DNA of 64,000 nucleotides, from positions 58,240 to 122,239 of the forward strand of contig CACBQR010000001.1 in the NCBI GenBank assembly GCA_902541435.1. The letters run 5' to 3'. The first letter of the stretch is position 1. Each line of letters starts with the position of its first letter. A program made the position numbers and the translations under genes. Positions 24,755-34,468 of this stretch are shown in pieces. The notes under the pieces were generated by a model. The model was not told where the DNA came from and ran no database searches. It saw nothing but the letters and a program-made list of their open reading frames with translations. This stretch comes from an uncultured Alphaproteobacteria bacterium. GTDB lineage: Bacteria > Pseudomonadota > Alphaproteobacteria > HIMB59 > GCA-002718135.

Positions 24755-27700
24755 ATGAAATGTCCCAAGTGTGGAAGTTCAATGGTTTTAAAAACTGCTG
24801 AATATGGGCCATGGAAAGGTAATGAATTTTATGGATGTTCAAAATATCCTAAATGCAAAGGCTTAGTTAATGTTAGCGATAAAAAGATAAATAATGAAAG
24901 TAGAAAAACAAAAGATAAAATTGAAGAAGTTATGACAATTGCTAAAGGCTATGAAGATCCAATACCCTATTCTGAAGCAAAAGAATATAGTGAGGAAGAG
25001 CAAGATCTTACTAAAAAGTCATTAGAGACTATAAGAGAAAAACTATTAGATGTTTCAGGAAGAAATCCACTTATTTCATTTAGACATTCAGAGAAAAAAA
25101 GAGATCAGGTAAGGTTTATTGATGAGGTTTTGGATATTCTTCATGAAAAACTTAATGAAGGAAAAAGTTTAAATATTATTTCGTTGCCTGAACCAGAAGG
25201 TGAGCCCGAAGATGAAAATGATGCAAGATTTCAATTAGAGCTAAACATTTCTAAGGACGCAGATGAAAAGTTCATTGAAGAAATGAAAAAATTACCGGAA
25301 GATGATGATGGATTATCAAAAAGAGCACTTAAAATTCTTCGAGATTTAAAAGATAGAGTCAGAGAAAAATTAGGTATGCCTCCAAGATTAGCAAGGGAAA
25401 TTCTTTCAAGAAAAGAATATGCGATAAGATCTGATTTAATACCTAATTATGAAATGCATGTTGTGAACGATGATAATGAAGATACTGAAAGATGGAATGA
25501 TACAAATTTACAAACACTTCTTTTTAGTGACGAATTAGATAGAAATTTAAAATCTGTTTGGAATAAATATAAGCAAGGATACGAAGAAAAAGGAATTAAT
25601 ACACTTCATTTAATATTAGGTTTTCTTGAATGGTATGAAAGTGATTACTCAGATAAAAAAATTGTTTCACCATTACTAATTCAACCTGTTGATATTGAAA
25701 GAGAGAAAACATTTAAAGGTCATAAATATAAGATTAAGACAACAGGTGACCAAGAGGAAATTAATCTAAATTTAACAAAAAGATTAAGTGATGATTTTGG
25801 TATTTTGCTTCCTGAAATAGAAGAAGATGAAACTCCACAAAGTTATTTAAATAGAGTTCAAGAAAAAATTCAATCTAAATCAAATTGGCAAGTTAAAAAT
25901 TATCTTACATTAGGCCATCTAGATTATGCAAATATTTTAATGTATCAAGATTTAGATTCATCAAAGTGGCCAAATGAAGAAGATTTATTGGGTAGTGAAA
26001 TAATTAATGACGTTCTTTTTGGTAATGAAAATATGTCAGATAGTTATCAAGATGACTATGAAATTGATGATGACAACATTGAAAAAATAGCGCCATATCT
26101 TGTTTTGGATGCTGACTCTTCACAACACAGCGCAGTTATAGATGTTTTACAGAATAAAAACTTAGCCTTAAAAGGTCCTCCTGGCACAGGAAAATCTCAG
26201 ACAATAACTAATATTGTTGGTGCTGCTTTAGCACAAGGTAAAAAAATTCTATTTGTGTCAGCAAAATCAGCAGCATTAGATGTTGTTTATAGTAGATTAC
26301 AAAATATTGGATTAGGTGAGTTTTGTTTAAAATTACATGGTGTAAATGCAAAGAAGAAAGAATTAATTGAATCATTAAAAAAAAGATTAGAAAAAGAAGA
26401 AAGTCATTTAAAACCTTCAATTAAAGAAAATGCAGATCAATTAAAAAAATATAAAAAACAATTAAATACATATGTAAATGATCTTAATTCTACGTTTGGT
26501 AAAATTGGAAAAACTATTCAAGAAATTTTTTGGTCTTCAATTAAATATGATCAGGAATGTGATGAATTAAATATTTCACAAGATTTAAAAAATATTAATT
26601 TCACAAACTGTAAAGATTTAACAAGTGTTCAAGTAGATGATGCATGCAATAAATTAGATAATCTAAAAGAAATCATACAAAGTTTTCACAAAAAATACTC
26701 CAGAATAGAGGATCATCCTTTTTATGGAGTGCAAAAATTTAGCTTAAATAAGTTTGATTTAGATGATCTAGAAGATAATCTTAAATCAGTTAGTAATTAT
26801 ATAAAAATCATTATTGAAAAAATAAACAAGTTTAGTGAAATTAATAACTTTAAAACTGACTTAAACGATTTTAATTTAGAAAACATAAAAATTTTTAGAA
26901 GAAGTTTAGATCTCAGTGTCCCAGATAACTTATCTGATAGATTATTACATTTTGCTAAAGAAGAAAAAATAAACCAATTACATGAAGATACAATACAACA
27001 TTTCAAGAAATCAGTTGAGCTGAAAGAAAATATTGAACATAAATATTTTGATACAAAAATTATCCATGAGGAAATCGAAAATTTATCTAAATTAATTGCA
27101 CAACTTTATAATGTAATAATCTTTTATGATGGAAAGTTAAACAGTACACAATTATCAGACATTAAGCAGCAGATAAAAAATTATGATGAGAAATATAATT
27201 ACTCTATTGAAACTTTAATTAGTTTTATTCAAAATTTATCTTCTTGTTTTGATATTAAGGATAACTACTCAAAAGAGAATATTACTAAATTTATTAGTTT
27301 AATAATTTTTTTAAATCAATTATCTCAAGACGATCTTAGTTTTAATTATGAAAATTTAGTGTCACAGGATAACTTTGATTATTTAAATAAGTTATTTATA
27401 CAAATAGAAAATACAGAAAAAAACAACAAAGAAATAATAACAAAATATAAAATTGAAGAATACGAAAACGTATCAGAATTAAGAGATTTACGACATATCT
27501 TTAATCAAGCAGGTTTTTTCGCTTTTTTAAATAGTAAATATAAAGAAGCAAAAAATAAATTTAATAATTTACATAAAGATTCTCAAAATAGAAAATTGTC
27601 TAATCAACATATGGTCAATGAGATTAAAAAGATTGAAGCATACATTGATGAAAAGAATAGAATCAATAAAGACACAAAAATAAATGAAATACTCTCATTA

Positions 27701-30166
27701 TCTTACAATGAAATTCTTTTAAATATAGATTCATTGAAGCGTTTAGTTGCTTTTGGACGATCAATTAGAGAAAAATATTACAATTATAATATATTTGATG
27801 AAAAAATAAGAACCACACTATTATTCAGTGATAAATCAAAAATTTCAAATATACTCAAATTAATTAAAGAGAAAAATTATCTCAATCTAGACTTATCTAA
27901 AAAACTTGAAGATATTGATCACGAGAATATTTTAGATAAAAAAAATGAAATAACTGAAAAAAGTGGTGAAATTTTCCATTTACTTGAAGAATTAAGTAAA
28001 TTTAAATTGAATAAAAATACAAACTTTGCAGATATTTATAGTTTAAATAATTCCTTAAAAGAACTTATTGAACAAAACACGATAGTAGAAACTGAAAGTG
28101 AATTTCTAGAAAAAATATCCTTAAATTTAAAATTTGTAAATAAATCTGAATTAGAAATATATGAACAAAGTGTTTCTTTTTTGAAAACAATTTCTAAATT
28201 TCCATCTGAAATTTATAAATTTATTTTAGATGGTGAAATAGAAAATAGAATTAACTTGTTAAAAGATTTTACCAATGATTTATCAAATCATGTTGATAGT
28301 TTGTTTGAAAATTATCATAAAATAATAAGAATTGGAGCGATTGCAGAAAATAATTTTTTAAAAGATAATAAAATTAATTATGCGAATTTAAATGTAATAA
28401 AAGCGTTATTTGATGAAAAAAATAACTCCTTCAATGAATTAAATTCTTGGTTGTCTTATTTAAATGCAAAATCTGGCACTGATGGCGATAATATAAATCT
28501 TTTAGTAGAACTTTCTGAAAAAAATTTTGAATTAACCAATTATTTTAGCAAAGCATATAAAAAAGTTTTGTATCAATCTCTCATGAAAAAAATATTCACT
28601 GAATATCCAAGTATTCAAAATTATACAGGATTTAATATTGAGGCTGACAGAAAAAGATTTCAAGACTTAGATACAAATATAAATTATTTACATACTCAGG
28701 ATTTAATCAACTCTTTAATGAAAAGAAAACCTCCTCAGGGTGTGAGAAGAGGTTTAGTAAGAGATTATACCGAAATGGGTTTAATTAATCATTTAACACA
28801 AGGGGAAAGACGTAAAGTACCTTCGATTAGAAAGTTACTTACGAGAGCTGGTGATGCAATTAGAGAGCTAAAACCTTTTTTTATGATGTCTCCCCATTCT
28901 GTTGCAAGATTTTTGCCGCCTAAAGGGATTGAGTTTGATTTAATATTAATTGATGAAGCTTCACAATTAAAGCCAGAATTTGCATTGGGTGCATTAGCAA
29001 GAGCTAAAAGAGCAGCAATAATGGGCGATCCTATGCAGATGCCACCCTCTTCTACATTTGAAAGACAGATAGATATTGATGAGGATGAAGAAGTGCAAAC
29101 AATTGACGAAAAATCAATTCTAGATGTCGCATTAACAAAATTTGAAGCAAGAAGAGATTTAAAATGGCATTATAGATCAAGAGATGAGTCATTAATCGCA
29201 TTTTCAAATAAAGAATTTTATAATGATAGGCTAATAATATTTCCTAATTCATTTATTGATACAGATCATTTAGGAATTAAAATTAAAAAAGTTGATGCCT
29301 TTTATCAAGGACAAACAAACAGAGATGAAGCCATAGAAGTAAAAAATAGCATTTGTGAATTCATGGAAAAGTATCCTGAAAAGAGTTGTTTAGCAGTTAC
29401 TATGAATATTTATCAATCAGAACTGATTCAAAATCTCATGGAAGAGGAAGAAAGAAGTAACAAAGTAGTTAGTGATTATATTAACAAATGGGAAAATACT
29501 CTAGAACCATTCACAGTTAAAAACTTAGAGCGTGTTCAAGGTGACGAGCGTGATTGTATATTTATTTCAACATTATATGGTCCCGCAGGTCCAAATTTAC
29601 CTACTGCTCAAAGATTTGGTCCAATAACAACACAATATGGTTACAGAAGATTAAATGTTTTATTTACAAGAGCAAAAGAAAGAGTTGAAGTTATCACTTC
29701 AATGAATCCAAATGATATTAAATTTGATGAAGGTTCTTCAATGGGTGGAGCTAAGTATGGACAGAAAGTTTTAAGTGATTATTTAAATTACGCTCATACT
29801 GGAAAACTGTATTCAGGAGAAGTTACTGATCGAGAAGTAGGAAGTGATTTTCAGTTATTTGTTGGAAATAAGTTAAAAGAAAGAGGATATGAAGTACAAC
29901 AAGAAATAGGTGTTAAAGGATTTTTCATTGATATTGGTGTTAAACATCCAAAATATCCAAATAAATATTTAATTGGAGTTGAGTGTGATGGAGCGGCATA
30001 TCATTCAAGTAAGTCAGCAAGAGATAGGGATAGATTGAGGCAAGATATTTTAGAAGGACTTGGATGGGATATATATAGAATTTGGTCAACAGATTGGTTT
30101 AATAATCCAGAAAACGAAATTAACAAATTAGTAGACTATATTGAGAACAAGGTTCAACAAACTTAA
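24755..30166 (+). CDS. Large SF1 helicase-nuclease (Hhe-like): topoisomerase-type C4 zinc finger, DUF4011-like region, Upf1/DNA2-like AAA_11/AAA_12 helicase, C-terminal Vsr/DUF559-like endonuclease fold
   Basis: N-terminus CPKCGSSMVLK...YGCSKYPKCKG; DUF4011-like LLDVSGRNPLISFRHS; Walker A GPPGTGKSQT (aa 474); Walker B LILIDEASQL (aa about 1400). Also motif VQGDERD and the C-terminal ECDGAAYHSSKSARDRDRLRQDILEGLGWDIYRIWSTDW. Confidence 0.85.
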   Translation: MKCPKCGSSMVLKTAEYGPWKGNEFYGCSKYPKCKGLVNVSDKKINNESRKTKDKIEEVMTIAKGYEDPIPYSEAKEYSEEEQDLTKKSLETIREKLLDVSGRNPLISFRHSEKKRDQVRFIDEVLDILHEKLNEGKSLNIISLPEPEGEPEDENDARFQLELNISKDADEKFIEEMKKLPEDDDGLSKRALKILRDLKDRVREKLGMPPRLAREILSRKEYAIRSDLIPNYEMHVVNDDNEDTERWNDTNLQTLLFSDELDRNLKSVWNKYKQGYEEKGINTLHLILGFLEWYESDYSDKKIVSPLLIQPVDIEREKTFKGHKYKIKTTGDQEEINLNLTKRLSDDFGILLPEIEEDETPQSYLNRVQEKIQSKSNWQVKNYLTLGHLDYANILMYQDLDSSKWPNEEDLLGSEIINDVLFGNENMSDSYQDDYEIDDDNIEKIAPYLVLDADSSQHSAVIDVLQNKNLALKGPPGTGKSQTITNIVGAALAQGKKILFVSAKSAALDVVYSRLQNIGLGEFCLKLHGVNAKKKELIESLKKRLEKEESHLKPSIKENADQLKKYKKQLNTYVNDLNSTFGKIGKTIQEIFWSSIKYDQECDELNISQDLKNINFTNCKDLTSVQVDDACNKLDNLKEIIQSFHKKYSRIEDHPFYGVQKFSLNKFDLDDLEDNLKSVSNYIKIIIEKINKFSEINNFKTDLNDFNLENIKIFRRSLDLSVPDNLSDRLLHFAKEEKINQLHEDTIQHFKKSVELKENIEHKYFDTKIIHEEIENLSKLIAQLYNVIIFYDGKLNSTQLSDIKQQIKNYDEKYNYSIETLISFIQNLSSCFDIKDNYSKENITKFISLIIFLNQLSQDDLSFNYENLVSQDNFDYLNKLFIQIENTEKNNKEIITKYKIEEYENVSELRDLRHIFNQAGFFAFLNSKYKEAKNKFNNLHKDSQNRKLSNQHMVNEIKKIEAYIDEKNRINKDTKINEILSLSYNEILLNIDSLKRLVAFGRSIREKYYNYNIFDEKIRTTLLFSDKSKISNILKLIKEKNYLNLDLSKKLEDIDHENILDKKNEITEKSGEIFHLLEELSKFKLNKNTNFADIYSLNNSLKELIEQNTIVETESEFLEKISLNLKFVNKSELEIYEQSVSFLKTISKFPSEIYKFILDGEIENRINLLKDFTNDLSNHVDSLFENYHKIIRIGAIAENNFLKDNKINYANLNVIKALFDEKNNSFNELNSWLSYLNAKSGTDGDNINLLVELSEKNFELTNYFSKAYKKVLYQSLMKKIFTEYPSIQNYTGFNIEADRKRFQDLDTNINYLHTQDLINSLMKRKPPQGVRRGLVRDYTEMGLINHLTQGERRKVPSIRKLLTRAGDAIRELKPFFMMSPHSVARFLPPKGIEFDLILIDEASQLKPEFALGALARAKRAAIMGDPMQMPPSSTFERQIDIDEDEEVQTIDEKSILDVALTKFEARRDLKWHYRSRDESLIAFSNKEFYNDRLIIFPNSFIDTDHLGIKIKKVDAFYQGQTNRDEAIEVKNSICEFMEKYPEKSCLAVTMNIYQSELIQNLMEEEERSNKVVSDYINKWENTLEPFTVKNLERVQGDERDCIFISTLYGPAGPNLPTAQRFGPITTQYGYRRLNVLFTRAKERVEVITSMNPNDIKFDEGSSMGGAKYGQKVLSDYLNYAHTGKLYSGEVTDREVGSDFQLFVGNKLKERGYEVQQEIGVKGFFIDIGVKHPKYPNKYLIGVECDGAAYHSSKSARDRDRLRQDILEGLGWDIYRIWSTDWFNNPENEINKLVDYIENKVQQT

Positions 30167-30181
30167 CAAATAATTATTTTT

Positions 30182-30478
30182 ATGATTAATGTTGTTTTTG
30201 CTATTTGGTATTTAATAATTTTCACTCTATATCTTTATAATTCCATTTTTAATGATTATGTAATGACATTTGAGTTGTGGTTAACGTCTATTATTTATTT
30301 AGTACCATATTCTTATCAATTGTTAAGGTTACGTAGAAGTATAGTAGATTATGAATCATCTGATGGAACTGAAAAGTTCTCTAAAATTGATACTGCTGAG
30401 TCGCTAAAAATTATTAATCAACCGGCATTAATGATAATTATGATAATAATTTGTTTAGCTATTTCTTTTATAATTTAA
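30182..30478 (+). CDS. Hypothetical small membrane protein
   Basis: 98-aa ORF with N- and C-terminal hydrophobic helices. Confidence 0.45.
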   Translation: MINVVFAIWYLIIFTLYLYNSIFNDYVMTFELWLTSIIYLVPYSYQLLRLRRSIVDYESSDGTEKFSKIDTAESLKIINQPALMIIMIIICLAISFII

Positions 30479-30777
30479 AATTTTAATCTAGACTTCAAAT
30501 ATAAAACGAGTGGTACAATAAATAAAAAACCAAATAGTAAGAATATTTTGATAACTAATTCTAATGCCCAAGGTGCATTCATATATTCATCTATACAGAT
30601 ATCTTGAGCAGTTCCTTGATCACTATAAACATAATTATTGTCCACGCTTTGACAATATTCTAAAGCATTATCAAATACAGGTGTGCTTGGGCTTTTATGA
30701 ACAAACAAAGAGTTTAGAGCTATAATAGATACGACAACAGGTGTAATGAAGAAATAAAACCAGAAATTATTAATCAT
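30475..30777 (-). CDS. Hypothetical small membrane protein
   Basis: 100 aa with two TM helices flanking a Cys-containing loop. Overlaps the upstream gene by 8 nt. Confidence 0.5.
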   Translation of the reverse strand: MINNFWFYFFITPVVVSIIALNSLFVHKSPSTPVFDNALEYCQSVDNNYVYSDQGTAQDICIDEYMNAPWALELVIKIFLLFGFLFIVPLVLYLKSRLKF

Positions 30778-31054
30778 ATAAATGAAAATAATTTAATTTA
30801 AATGACCAAGTAGATGTCACAAGACAGAGAAAAAACATGACATACAAAACTTCTTTTTGAAATTCTGGAGCTTCTTTTTTCTTAAAATGTAAATAATAGA
30901 GCCACGATGCTATAATGATAGAAATAAATAAGAATAATCCACTTTGTAGATATTCAAATTCTATATTGATACTAAAAGATAAAGCTAAAACAATAAAATA
31001 GGATGTTAAAAATAAAATAACCCTCGATAAAGATTCCATTAATGGTCCCTGCAA
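30770..31054 (-). CDS. Hypothetical small membrane protein
   Basis: 94 aa with about 3 TM helices. Overlaps the upstream gene by 16 nt. Confidence 0.5.
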   Translation of the reverse strand: MQGPLMESLSRVILFLTSYFIVLALSFSINIEFEYLQSGLFLFISIIIASWLYYLHFKKKEAPEFQKEVLYVMFFLCLVTSTWSFKLNYFHLYD

Positions 31055-31884
31055 TTTTGTAAATTATTAGTTTCCAAAATAAAATCATATAATTGACCAG
31101 ACCAAGAATATAATTTTGTATCTTCACAATTTGAAAAGTTGGTTTTTAAATCAATTAGCTCTAAAATATTATTTTGATAATCTCTTTTAGCCGAATACCA
31201 AAAGGCTCCCCCTCCATAAAAATAGCTTTTTGAATGTGTGGCAATATAATAATCATCATGAAAATCTAAAATTCCATCATAAAGATATAAAAAATCTTTA
31301 GTATTAATATCGAATACAATATTTTTAATATGAGTTGACTCTAATAATTGAATATGGATTTTATTATCTAAAGTTTTTATAAAATTCGCTTTGTGTCCAT
31401 AAGAATTATATAAATCATAGATGTACCAATAATTATCATCTACAAATAAAATTGAATCTTCATCAAGATAACATCTTTCACCACAAACGACTCTATTAAA
31501 ATTTGTAATGTAAGATTTATAATAGCTCAAATCATGTGAAACTTTAATCCTAGGGTTGTTTAGAAAATTAACTGGGTAGTTAGTAATCTTATTCTGAAAT
31601 TGTTCCCTTAGACATTCTAAATCAAGATTAGAACTAGCATAGATTCCTAACCAATAATCTGGGTCTTTTTCTTTATGAAAAAAATAACTATCAATTTTAC
31701 CTTTCGAACATTTATTTAAATCATGTTCAATCATCATTAAGTCAATCTCTCTTGGTAGTTCGTAATGAGCTAATAAAGGTGTGGCACTTAAGAGGAGTTT
31801 TAAAATGATTAATTTTATAATTTTATAATGAATATTTTTTTGACTCAGTGCCACAGAAATATTTCTATTTATTAATTTAGGCAA
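31039..31884 (-). CDS. Hypothetical exported protein (281 aa, Tyr/Asp/Asn-rich)
   Basis: Signal-peptide-like segment IIKLIILKLLLSATPLLA-HYE. The listed start is TTG and the true start is uncertain. Confidence 0.5.
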   Translation of the reverse strand: MPKLINRNISVALSQKNIHYKIIKLIILKLLLSATPLLAHYELPREIDLMMIEHDLNKCSKGKIDSYFFHKEKDPDYWLGIYASSNLDLECLREQFQNKITNYPVNFLNNPRIKVSHDLSYYKSYITNFNRVVCGERCYLDEDSILFVDDNYWYIYDLYNSYGHKANFIKTLDNKIHIQLLESTHIKNIVFDINTKDFLYLYDGILDFHDDYYIATHSKSYFYGGGAFWYSAKRDYQNNILELIDLKTNFSNCEDTKLYSWSGQLYDFILETNNLQNCRDH

Positions 31885-31913
31885 ATTCGGGTTTAAAATA
31901 TGTTTAGATTAAG

Positions 31914-31953
31914 ATTTGTTCTTAATATTACCTCAATGATTGCTCATTTTTAT
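31914..31953. repeat. 40-bp direct repeat, copy 1
   Basis: ATTTGTTCTTAATATTACCTCAATGATTGCTCATTTTTAT matches 32944..32983 at 37 of 40 positions. Confidence 0.75.
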
Positions 31954-32002
31954 ATAATTTTATGAGAGGCATGTATGCCTCACTTTGTTTTCAATTGTTA
32001 AT

Positions 32003-32218
32003 TTAACTTATACTGTCTTGTAGATGGTCAATATAAAAAACAATAGCTACTAATATTGTTACAATTATTGCAAGAGTTAATGCGTAATTACCAGCTGGTT
32101 CTGAATCTTTTCTTTTTGCTTTTTTATCAAACGATAAAGAAGTAAATCCTACTACTAATATCCAAAGTAAAGATGCTACAAATAACAAAATCCATTTTAT
32201 AAAAGATATTAAAAGCAT
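32003..32218 (-). CDS. Hypothetical two-TM membrane protein (71 aa)
   Basis: Its start shares 1 nt with the upstream gene's stop. Two hydrophobic helices. Confidence 0.45.
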   Translation of the reverse strand: MLLISFIKWILLFVASLLWILVVGFTSLSFDKKAKRKDSEPAGNYALTLAIIVTILVAIVFYIDHLQDSIS

Positions 32219-32841
32219 TAATTAACCCAATGTTGCTGTAAGGTATTTAAATAATTTTCAATTAATTTTTTAAGATTCATATTATTCTGCATTTTAATTG
32301 CTTTAGTAATCTTTTGAATTTTTTTAAAGTCATCTTTATCATTTTTATGTTCACTGATTATATAAAATAGCCCGTATTTAATTTTATTACTCTCAAGAAT
32401 ATCAATGTTAGCTTCAAAACTACAAAAAAATTGATTTAGATGAATGGTTAAGCATTTTAAAATTTCACCATGACTACCAAAACAACAATTTTTATTTAGT
32501 ATGTTTACTTTGAAACCTATTTTCTCAAATTTTTCTTTGTATGGTTTTACAATTTGAATAATTTCAGGAATTAATTTGTCATATCTTTCTATGTTCTTTA
32601 TTTTAACTCTACATCTCTCAATTTCATTAACAAATTTGTCTTCTTGAACAGCTATAAGTTTATTTACTACAACTGCATTAATTTTTTGATATTTTGTGAG
32701 GAAGTCTCTCATTTGAGGATCACCTTCTTTAACTTTAGTTGTGTTTAATTTATGTTGTGCAATTTTTATTTTTATATAATCTTTTTCTACGTTGAATAAA
32801 TGAGCTTTTGTGCGATTATATTCATTGCTTTTTACTAACAT
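32218..32841 (-). CDS. Hypothetical protein (207 aa)
   Basis: ORF with no recognisable family, translationally coupled to the 71-aa membrane protein. Confidence 0.55.
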   Translation of the reverse strand: MLVKSNEYNRTKAHLFNVEKDYIKIKIAQHKLNTTKVKEGDPQMRDFLTKYQKINAVVVNKLIAVQEDKFVNEIERCRVKIKNIERYDKLIPEIIQIVKPYKEKFEKIGFKVNILNKNCCFGSHGEILKCLTIHLNQFFCSFEANIDILESNKIKYGLFYIISEHKNDKDDFKKIQKITKAIKMQNNMNLKKLIENYLNTLQQHWVN

Positions 32842-32943
32842 TATTTTGGCTCTTCAAAAGGAAACATCACAATTTTAAAAGTTTTTCTTCATTTATTAAA
32901 ATCTATTAATTTTATCATACTTTTTAAATTTTAGAATATTTTA

Positions 32944-32983
32944 ATTTGATCTTAATATTACCTTAATGATTTCTCATTTTTAT
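32944..32983. repeat. 40-bp direct repeat, copy 2
   Basis: ATTTGATCTTAATATTACCTTAATGATTTCTCATTTTTAT, in the same orientation as copy 1 and 1030 bp away. Confidence 0.75.
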
Positions 32984-32988
32984 CAAAT

Positions 32989-33759
32989 TTGATTTTTATA
33001 GAAGCATTAGTGGCACCAGTTATCAAAAGAATTATAATTTTTCTATTCTCCCTCCTTATTATTGTTCTCCTTCTAGCTGGTGCTGCTAAAGGAGATCAAT
33101 TATTAAGTTCCAAAGAATTTATTAAAAAAGAACTCCCCCTTGATCAGGGAAATGACAAACTCATTATTACTGAAGCACAGGAATATCCAAAAAGATCATT
33201 TTATTTTGATCCTTTAGTTGTTTTTAATGAGCAAGATGAGGTAAGTTTATGTGGTTATGAGCTTACTACAGTTGATTTTACTGGAACGAGGATTGTTGTA
33301 AGTCTTTACGCTGCACTTTTTGATGATGCGCCAGCAATTATCAATTATGTGCGATTAGAAACATTACAATTAACGCCTTTTGATAAAGAATTATCCTTTA
33401 GAGATATGAAAAAATTAGAACTCTATCCCTACACAATGGAAATTATAAAAAATAATACTTTATTTGAATCTCTTGAAAGAAATAATTCTAAAGCAAGTGC
33501 TATTATTCATGAATCATCCAATAATTATCTCTTAAATAAAGGTAAAATCTTAAAAGAATTTTATATGGGTGGATACGACTTACACGTAGAGTTTATTAGG
33601 GGATACCCTATTCACATCCCTATTCCGCAAAATATTAAGTTTTTAAATGCTAAAATTGATCTCATTGATCACTGTCTTATTGAACTAAGAAATAATGAGA
33701 AAAAAATTAAAAAACCTGAAGAAAACTTTTTAAAAGAAGTATTTCATAAAATATCCTAA
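32989..33759 (+). CDS. Hypothetical membrane-anchored protein (256 aa)
   Basis: N-terminal TM (IIIFLFSLLIIVLLLAGAAKG). TTG start as listed. Confidence 0.5.
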   Translation: MIFIEALVAPVIKRIIIFLFSLLIIVLLLAGAAKGDQLLSSKEFIKKELPLDQGNDKLIITEAQEYPKRSFYFDPLVVFNEQDEVSLCGYELTTVDFTGTRIVVSLYAALFDDAPAIINYVRLETLQLTPFDKELSFRDMKKLELYPYTMEIIKNNTLFESLERNNSKASAIIHESSNNYLLNKGKILKEFYMGGYDLHVEFIRGYPIHIPIPQNIKFLNAKIDLIDHCLIELRNNEKKIKKPEENFLKEVFHKIS

Positions 33760-33835
33760 CTTGAAATTAAAAAAGCTATATTAAAAAGTTTTTAAACTAA
33801 TTGATTTTACTACACTTGTAATTAGATAAGAATGT

Positions 33836-34444
33836 ATGAAAGAAACGTATTACAAACCATTTGGACCCACAATAGGTAAGTATAATTTATCAAAAAAAAT
33901 GACTAACAAAGTTAATTCTCATGCTAATAAAATAATTGAAAGTAAACATAAAAGTAAAGTGTTAGATCATTCACACAGATTAGTGGGAAATGTTCAGCAA
34001 CAATTTCGTTTAACAAAAGAATTTCTTGTTACTAGCGGTTTAGAAAAACAACTTAACCGTATTATTGAATCTTATTACAAAAACGTTATTCAAATAAAAC
34101 CCTCTTCTATTAAAATTGATCGCGCATGGATCGTTAGACAGTTTGCTGGTGATTTTAATCCCCCACATATTCATAGAGGTAACGTTAGTGGAGTTTGTTA
34201 TCTTGAGGTTCCAAATTCTATTAAATATAATAAAGAAATTGCTTTTGCTGGAAGACTCTCTTTTTTTGATGGTCGTGTCTCTATGCCACGTAATAGCCCT
34301 CCTTTAGTAAAGCATCGTATTACATTTAAACCTCGTGTCGGAGATATGTATTTATTTCCTGCTTTTTTAATGCATGATGTTCATCCATTTCGTAAAGACG
34401 GCGAACGAAGATGTTTTTCTTTTAATGCATTTGTAAAAACTTAA
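33836..34444 (+). CDS. Putative 2OG-Fe(II) oxygenase superfamily protein (TIGR02466/2OG-FeII_Oxy_5-like)
   Basis: DFNPPHIHRGNVSGVCYLEVP and MYLFPAFLMHDVHPF fit the His...His facial-triad pattern of this family. This is recalled from memory, not searched. Confidence 0.6.
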   Translation: MKETYYKPFGPTIGKYNLSKKMTNKVNSHANKIIESKHKSKVLDHSHRLVGNVQQQFRLTKEFLVTSGLEKQLNRIIESYYKNVIQIKPSSIKIDRAWIVRQFAGDFNPPHIHRGNVSGVCYLEVPNSIKYNKEIAFAGRLSFFDGRVSMPRNSPPLVKHRITFKPRVGDMYLFPAFLMHDVHPFRKDGERRCFSFNAFVKT

Positions 34445-34468
34445 AACTTATTTTTGTATTTGTCTAAA

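Larger units (their letters stand above)
11308..34444. mobile_element. Putative integrase-associated genomic island (boundaries not defined)
   Basis: An integrase sits at the left end. It is followed by about 23 kb dominated by hypothetical, conflict-type and paralogous genes. No flanking att repeats were found. Confidence 0.3.
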
